DNA from: Conexivisphaerales archaeon
GTDB lineage: Archaea > Thermoproteota > Nitrososphaeria > Conexivisphaerales > DTJL01
DNA: 12,064 nt
Direction of reading: 5' to 3'
Assembly (NCBI GenBank): GCA_049509455.1
Contig: JBEKZX010000046.1
Span: 1 to 12,064, forward strand
Below the pieces are notes generated by a model. That model saw only the letters and a list, made by a program, of their open reading frames with translations. It did no database searches and was not told the origin of the DNA. The translations under genes and the position numbers were made by a program. Positions 7,081 through 12,064 of the stretch are shown here, piece by piece; the stretch's first letter is position 1, and every line of letters begins with the position of its first letter.

Positions 7081-7417
7081 GAAAGCTTCGGTCCCGTGTC
7101 GCAAGGGGAGCGAAATAAGGGTTGGCGTCCCTCGACGGGAGCCGACAGGTTCGCTTGGGATGGTCATTACCTGTCGGAGGCAACAGTCCTTCCAGTTGTC
7201 GAACTGACATCGATATCTACGCGCTGGGCAAGCTCAAAGATGAGGCGTCGATGGAGGATATGCAGACGCCTGCGACATTGCGGGGTCTAGCTCGCTGCCT
7301 TGGGCTCGAAATGACTAGTGTTCAGTATCGTTTCAACCATGTGGGAGACGGTATCAAGATCGTTTCACCGAACCTATTTACCCCATCGTTTCCACATAGC
7401 ATCCGTGGCCAAAAAGA

Positions 7418-7825
7418 ATGACACAAGACACGACATCCGGTTATCCGAACACCGCTTCGATACTCGCCCTAGTGGGCGGTATCCTGATAGTGTTATGCGG
7501 AATGCTACTTGCGGCCGTCGGAGCTTTCATCCTACCGTACATCGACTACACGCATCTGCGGGCCCCCGCCAATATCACCAATCTCCCCGGGCTCGTATCT
7601 GGCGTTGTCACAATGGTAGGGCTGTTCGGGCTGATATCGGGAATCATAGTGCTGGTATCGGCAGTGATGCTCCGAGCGTATCCGAGTCAGAGGAGAACAT
7701 GGGGCGTGCTCATGTTGGTCTTCTCTGTCCTGAGCTTCTTGGGGGTAGGAGGCTTCGTCCTGGGGGCGATTCTGGGGATAGCGGGGGGCATAATGACCCT
7801 GACATGGAAACCACGGATTCAGTAG
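7418..7825 (+). CDS. Small polytopic membrane protein, DUF6114-like
   Basis: 135 aa with about 4 hydrophobic segments. The C-terminal GGFVLGAILGIAGGIMTLTWKP resembles the DUF6114 pattern GGFxxGxxLGxxGGxxxxxW. Confidence 0.75.
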   Translation: MTQDTTSGYPNTASILALVGGILIVLCGMLLAAVGAFILPYIDYTHLRAPANITNLPGLVSGVVTMVGLFGLISGIIVLVSAVMLRAYPSQRRTWGVLMLVFSVLSFLGVGGFVLGAILGIAGGIMTLTWKPRIQ

Positions 7826-7912
7826 TGTCGGTTATCGGGGAACCTTGACGATCTGTTGGGCTCGGATGAGGTAAAGGATTTATCCCATAAGTAGAAGTAG
7901 GAAGCAATAGAG

Positions 7913-8425
7913 ATGGAGAAGCTCAAGGTTCTGCTGATATTGCTCTTGACGGCGACCTTCGGGCTTGCGGTGTCCATGTACGTCCTTGCGATGAGCCTCG
8001 CTCCGACTGAGTCGCCGTTGAGCGTACTCGCTCGGATTATGATGCGGGGTTTCTCGTCGGACCTACCCTTCTTCATACCGCTATCGTCTCTCCTTTTTCT
8101 TTGTACCGTCCTCGCCAGCATGGTAGGGGTCATCTACTTCCTCGTCCTTCCTGAGATGAAGGACTATGTGTCGGGCAATGGGAAGGACACCATCTCAATA
8201 GTCCCGAGGACCCTCAAGCCCGAGGAGAGGAAGGTAGTCAGCGTGCTTGACGCCCACGGAGGCACCTATCTACAGAAATTCATCACAAAAGAAGCCGCTC
8301 TATCAAGACTGAAGACACACAGGGTCGTCGCTGCGCTTTCGGAGCGAGGCATTGTCCACGCTGAGAAGCGGGGAAACACGAACGAGGTCTCGCTCGCGAA
8401 GTGGTTCCAGGACGGAATGCATTAG
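7913..8425 (+). CDS. Membrane-anchored winged helix-turn-helix protein (COG2512/DUF7343-like)
   Basis: Two N-terminal TM helices, then LKPEERKVVSVLDAHGGTYLQKFITKEAALSRLKTHRVVAALSERGIVHAEKRGNTNEV, the wHTH pattern typical of this family. Confidence 0.85.
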   Translation: MEKLKVLLILLLTATFGLAVSMYVLAMSLAPTESPLSVLARIMMRGFSSDLPFFIPLSSLLFLCTVLASMVGVIYFLVLPEMKDYVSGNGKDTISIVPRTLKPEERKVVSVLDAHGGTYLQKFITKEAALSRLKTHRVVAALSERGIVHAEKRGNTNEVSLAKWFQDGMH

Positions 8426-8586
8426 TAGCGCAATTTCAACGACCTTTTTGAGACTCATTGTACCTTTGTGAGAAATCAAGGCGTCGGTCGGCAGCATTGG
8501 TTTGCGGGAAGAGCCCTAACCAGGCCCAGAGCCGGACGGCAGAGGGCTCGGACTAGACGGCGTTTCATGGAAGGGACGGCAGCGGC

Positions 8587-8724
8587 TCATTCCTTCTTCT
8601 TCATGGCCTGGGACACCATTTCAGGCATCTTGGACGCCATCTCCTTGCAGAGGTCCATCAGCGCCTCGTTCACCTCGACGTCCACGGTGACCCTGACGTG
8701 CCCCTTCTTCTTCTCCTCGCTCAA
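8587..8724 (-). CDS. 45-aa small protein MSEEKKKGHVRVTVDVEVNEALMDLCKEMASKMPEMVSQAMKKKE (not in the ORF track)
   Basis: TTG at 8724 lies 7 nt downstream of GGGAGGTGA and 3 nt after the upstream stop. Third codon positions are strongly G/C. TGA at 8589-8587. Confidence 0.8.
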   Translation of the reverse strand: MSEEKKKGHVRVTVDVEVNEALMDLCKEMASKMPEMVSQAMKKKE

Positions 8725-8727
8725 TCG

Positions 8728-8985
8728 CTATTCACCTCCCTTCTCTGGATCCAGGAAGAGGTCCACCTCGAAGACGTAGTGATACTTCTTGACCCTCTTC
8801 GCCCTTATCCTGTAGTCGGAGATGGTGCCCCTCTCCTTGTACTTCTTGAGCTGACGCCCCATGTACAGCTTGACCAGCCTAGGGAAGAACCTCTCAAACC
8901 TGAACGAGGCCCTGACCAGCCCCGATTTTGCCCGACTGGCCAACTTCACAGAGGCGCACCCTCCGCCTGACTTGTCGGTGTCCAA
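8728..8985 (-). CDS. 85-aa basic hypothetical protein
   Basis: Protein-like composition and G/C-ending codons. It carries the SD of the next gene in its 3' end. The exact start (TTG 8985) is uncertain. Confidence 0.75.
   Translation of the reverse strand: MDTDKSGGGCASVKLASRAKSGLVRASFRFERFFPRLVKLYMGRQLKKYKERGTISDYRIRAKRVKKYHYVFEVDLFLDPEKGGE
8732..8740 (-). promoter_or_regulatory. Strong Shine-Dalgarno site GGGAGGTGA for the 45-aa ORF
   Basis: Canonical anti-16S motif embedded in the last codons (KGGE) of the upstream gene. Confidence 0.75.
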
Positions 8986-9206
8986 GGCACCTCTTAAGCG
9001 CGTCGGGTTATCCGCAAAGGGACAAAACCCATGAAAGCGCGATTCATGTTTGTCTAAGCTACAGGTTGCGCAGACTTAAGCTTCTGAAATCTTGCCTACG
9101 TCTGCCCAAAGCTCAAGGTGAAGGTACCTGCGAAATAGGTCTGTAACGTCAACCCAATCACCCTGACCGGATAACCTTATTTCATATCGCCTCTTAACTG
9201 CTATTC

Positions 9207-9743
9207 ATGGCCGCAAAAGTCGTCAGCTCCCTGGCTTTGGAGAACCGTGCCCACCCCACTTTGGCTTTTGATGTTGAGGATGATTTCGGCGCAGGCCAAC
9301 AGGCATTTGTAGGGATTGAAGGATGGTTGAAAGCCATGACAACTGCGCCTGCAGGCGGCAAATCTCACACTGGTCGAAATATTGGCATCGTAGTAGTGGT
9401 TCTGGCTGTTGTGGTCGTTGGTTATCTACTCCTGACACTGGGCACATCTCTGGGTCATCTGACACCGTCCACGGTCACAGTCACAGGTTCTGTAAGCACC
9501 ACAGGAGTTGGCACCCATGCAGTGAGCGTCGGTTTTAGCAGCGATGACGGCCAAGTATTCAACGCTGCGGTAGTGAACGGTCAGTACAGTGTTAGCCTTC
9601 CGAACGACCATACCTACTCGGTTCAAATTGGGTGGTCGGGGTTTGGCTTTTCTGGAATTTGTAATGCGGGGTCCTTACCCGTGAACCAAGGACCTGGGAG
9701 CTCGGGTTTAACGAACAATTGGTCTTGCTGGCCTGAGAGCTGA
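9207..9743 (+). CDS. Membrane-anchored exported beta-rich protein (alternative start ATG 9336)
   Basis: A single TM helix (IGIVVVVLAVVVVGYLLL) followed by a Thr/Gly/Val-rich beta-strand pattern (TVTVTGSV, NGQYSVSLPNDHTYSVQI) and a Cys pair (ICNAG...NWSC). TTATTT lies about 22 nt upstream of 9207. Confidence 0.7.
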   Translation: MAAKVVSSLALENRAHPTLAFDVEDDFGAGQQAFVGIEGWLKAMTTAPAGGKSHTGRNIGIVVVVLAVVVVGYLLLTLGTSLGHLTPSTVTVTGSVSTTGVGTHAVSVGFSSDDGQVFNAAVVNGQYSVSLPNDHTYSVQIGWSGFGFSGICNAGSLPVNQGPGSSGLTNNWSCWPES

Positions 9744-9763
9744 CAAACTCAGAATTGAACTGG

Positions 9764-9789
9764 GCCCATTTCGCAGGTCCAAGCCTACG
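9764..9789. repeat. Dispersed short repeat, copy 2 (GCCCATTTCGCAGGTCCAAGCCTACG)
   Basis: Near-identical to 1089..1113. Lies in the gap between convergent genes. Confidence 0.6.
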
Positions 9790-9918
9790 TTCGAGATTGG
9801 CGGTTGATGTCATACTTTGCAGCAGCAAGAGATATCCAAGATTATGAGGTCTAACAGGAAAGACGGGGTTGTTATCAGACCGATGACTGCTGAAGACGCG
9901 CACTGCCAGAATTGCTCT

Positions 9919-10290
9919 TTATGATTCCTTCTTTGGTTCGGTCTTTGCTGTTTCTTCTTCGACTGTCTTCGAAGCTCCCTTTATCTCGACTCTAATCTCC
10001 CTCAACAGGTTGACGCCCAAGGATGCAATTCTTCCACCACCCCACATGACGAAAGCCATTAGAACATACCAAGCAGCCATACCAGCAGCCTTGTCCAATT
10101 CTTGGCCTGAAATCAGCAGCATGCTGTTTAGAGAAATGTCAGAGAAATTGAACAGTTTCGGAGGGGGGCTGCCGCCTGTGAAGACGAACATCATCTCGAA
10201 GATTGAGAGGAAGATCATGATGACGCCCCCGGCCAACAAGACGTATCCCACAGTCTTTTCGTCTTTCAACTTTACACGTTTCAGCCTCAC
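9919..10290 (-). CDS. Hypothetical two-TM membrane protein
   Basis: 123 aa, GTG start. TM1 is VGYVLLAGGVIMIFLSIFEMMFVF and TM2 is AAWYVLMAFVMWGGGRIASLGVNLL, followed by a charged tail. Confidence 0.8.
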   Translation of the reverse strand: MRLKRVKLKDEKTVGYVLLAGGVIMIFLSIFEMMFVFTGGSPPPKLFNFSDISLNSMLLISGQELDKAAGMAAWYVLMAFVMWGGGRIASLGVNLLREIRVEIKGASKTVEEETAKTEPKKES

Positions 10291-10310
10291 ACGTTACTGA
10301 AGTTACTTGC

Positions 10311-10317
10311 TATAAAA
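10311..10317 (-). promoter_or_regulatory. TATA box (TTTTATA) for the 9919..10290 gene
   Basis: Lies about 21 nt upstream of the GTG start, consistent with a leaderless mRNA. Confidence 0.55.
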
Positions 10318-10661
10318 GCTTGAATGCAAGGTGCTGCTCTGAATGTGATTACGAACGAAGGGGAAAATCATGAAATACTTCATGACAAACCAACGGTCCG
10401 ATTGAAACAACCGATTCTCCAGCAAGATGATAACTAGCCATGGTTCCATAGCAGAACCGATACCCAAGGATAGAACGAGTTGCGGGAAAAGAACTTTTCA
10501 GAGAACCGCGAAAGAAGTTGCAGCGGACCAACGCTCAAGTAGCCGGATTTGACATCTGCAAGACTCAAGATTCAAGAAGAGAGCTAGTAGAAACTGACGG
10601 AATCGCCACGGTTCAAGAAACGATTATAACATGACGAAGTGCATGGTAGGGCGGAGAAACG

Positions 10662-11171
10662 ATGAAAGGAACTCGTCTTTTCAGCATAATCGGAGGGCTG
10701 ATTCTGATCGTTGCGGCATTCCTCCCGTATGGCTACTCCACATGGGCTTCGGGGTCGACCTTCGATGTGACGATGAAATTGCTGAACAACTTGAACAGCG
10801 ACAACGTGATGTTCAGCGAGCTGACGCAGATAGGCCTCTCGAATACAATGTCGGCAGTGGTACTGGGCATGGTCATCGTCGCGTTCTTCCTGTTCGTTGT
10901 GGGTGGAGTTCTGGCACTCGTTATGACTGGCGGAGGGTCTGTCGCAGGACCGGTGGGGGCAGTCCTTCTTACAATCGTGCCGTTCCTAGCCGGAGGAACA
11001 GCATCAGCCATCACAGGGTTGGGGGTAGGTTACTGGTTGGGATGGGTTGGAGCCATCATTTGCGTAATAGGTGCCGCAGGCAAGTCCAAGCTCGAAGGGA
11101 TGAACCTGTTCGTAAACCAGACCGTCAATGTCCAGCAGCCACCGCCCGCTCAGCCCTCCCAGGGTAGCTAG
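10662..11171 (+). CDS. Hypothetical polytopic membrane protein with Pro/Gln-rich tail
   Basis: 169 aa with about 4 hydrophobic segments and a GxGYW motif in the last TM. GATTATAA lies about 33 nt upstream and a GGCGGAG SD-like site precedes the start. Confidence 0.8.
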   Translation: MKGTRLFSIIGGLILIVAAFLPYGYSTWASGSTFDVTMKLLNNLNSDNVMFSELTQIGLSNTMSAVVLGMVIVAFFLFVVGGVLALVMTGGGSVAGPVGAVLLTIVPFLAGGTASAITGLGVGYWLGWVGAIICVIGAAGKSKLEGMNLFVNQTVNVQQPPPAQPSQGS

Positions 11172-11219
11172 GCGCTCGCCTTCGGTTCCTGGACGATTCG
11201 ACGAGCGCTCCTCCTTTTT
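11172..11219 (+). terminator. Possible terminator: GCGCTCG/CGAGCGC stem followed by a pyrimidine and oligo-T tract
   Basis: 7-bp inverted repeat (11172-11178 and 11202-11208) immediately after the stop codon, then TCCTCCTTTTT. Confidence 0.4.
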
Positions 11220-11688
11220 ATCTGGTACCACCGAGAGCATGCCAGAATGGAGTCGCGGTGGCAATTCTTGCAATTGAGAGTGAGTTAGTTCAATTCAGTC
11301 GGCGATCCCTCTCAGATAGAACCCTGAATGATATGAGTGCGGACTCGGACATGAAGTCCGGCGCCCCAGGGATTCGTAGACGGGCAACTCTTGTGCAGTA
11401 ATGTCGATTTCCTTTCAAGCTGCTATGGAGACCTAGGAATGGGGATGCGCTGACGAAAGTGACGCACCATATTTGCTCCACGGGGGAGGCGGCCATCTCA
11501 CCTCATCGGAAGTGGGACCCGCACCCGCCGCGGCCCTTTGGTGGTTCCGTATGACCCCTTGTGATGTTGTCAGTTGAGAATTGACTCGCGTTCAGCATTG
11601 CATTGTGAGGGCAAACGAAAGGGTGACTTGAGGCAGATCCGCAACCGAGTTGTTGGCGACGATGCGGCCATCCATTTCTGTGAGTCTC

Positions 11689-12063
11689 TCATGTGGAGAA
11701 TCTCTTTCCGCAGCTGCGGCAGAACTGAGCGGACGCCGCGTTCGCAGTGCCGCAGGCCTGGCAGTACTTTGTGGTCTTGACTTCTGCCTTGGCCGAGGGC
11801 GGCGGAAGCACATTGACCGTCTGGGTGATCGACATCCCCTTGGGGGGCGCCTGTCCCCCTCCACCTCTTCGCCTCGTCATGATGAGCCCTAGGACCACGA
11901 TCGCGATGACGACTATTAGGACGACGTAAAGCGTATTGCCGCTGAGAAGGTTACGCATCGAAAACGCATTGGCAGAGGTATTGGTTGAAGTGACGGTGGA
12001 CGTACCGGTGGAGGTATTGGATGAGGATGTCATGACGGCCGTCCACCACTGATCCACGGTCGT
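11689..12063 (-). CDS. C-terminal part of a surface protein: Ser/Thr linker, TM anchor, cytoplasmic zinc ribbon (5'-truncated)
   Basis: The frame is open to the window edge. It contains TSSSNTSTGTSTVTSTNTS, a hydrophobic helix, RRRGGGG, and CQACG-x9-CRSCG (two CxxC). Confidence 0.85.
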   Translation of the reverse strand, partial: TTVDQWWTAVMTSSSNTSTGTSTVTSTNTSANAFSMRNLLSGNTLYVVLIVVIAIVVLGLIMTRRRGGGGQAPPKGMSITQTVNVLPPPSAKAEVKTTKYCQACGTANAASAQFCRSCGKRFST

Positions 12064-12064
12064 C

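Noticed and set aside
7122-7421. 99-aa plus-strand ORF
   Set aside because: It starts in the probable promoter of the divergent gene and shows no family motif. It is kept only as a possible remnant.
10349-10531. 60-aa minus-strand ORF in the AT-rich spacer
   Set aside because: No motif or coding-like codon bias; the region looks regulatory.
26-11929. Numerous antisense or alternative-frame ORFs of 60-180 aa in the track
   Set aside because: They are shadow ORFs of GC-rich genes that overlap well-supported CDSs and are rich in Arg/Pro/Ser without motifs.
11970-12030. GAGGTATTGG direct repeat
   Set aside because: Explained by the low-complexity Ser/Thr/Asn linker of the encoded protein.
1-12064. 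CRISPR array, tRNA, rRNA, transposase or integrase
   Set aside because: No regularly spaced repeats, cloverleaf, rRNA-like segment or recombinase motifs were seen.

Overview
Archaeal genomic window. The lineage call (TACK, Nitrososphaerota/Bathyarchaeia-like) is inferred from frequent TTG/GTG starts, TATA-like boxes about 20-30 nt from starts, a class III signal peptide and the gene families present. The left edge holds a 5'-truncated aldo/keto reductase and a DUF167 gene. The core is a tightly coupled five-gene minus-strand operon (5735->1109): exported YdjY-like CxxCxxxC protein, CcdA-fold membrane protein lacking both redox cysteines, HdrD/GlpC-type 2x[4Fe-4S]+2xCCG protein, Tes/GDGT-MAS(MJ0619)/TrsS-like multi-cluster radical SAM enzyme, and class I SAM methyltransferase. 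Next come a single-barrel QW-repeat prenyltransferase/terpene-cyclase-like gene and a cluster of small, mostly membrane or exported proteins. That cluster includes a membrane-anchored wHTH protein, a 45-aa ORF absent from the ORF track and a truncated zinc-ribbon-tailed surface protein. A 25/26-bp near-identical dispersed repeat occurs at 1089 and 9764. No rRNA, tRNA, CRISPR array or transposase was recognised. All family calls come from motif recognition by eye, with no database search.
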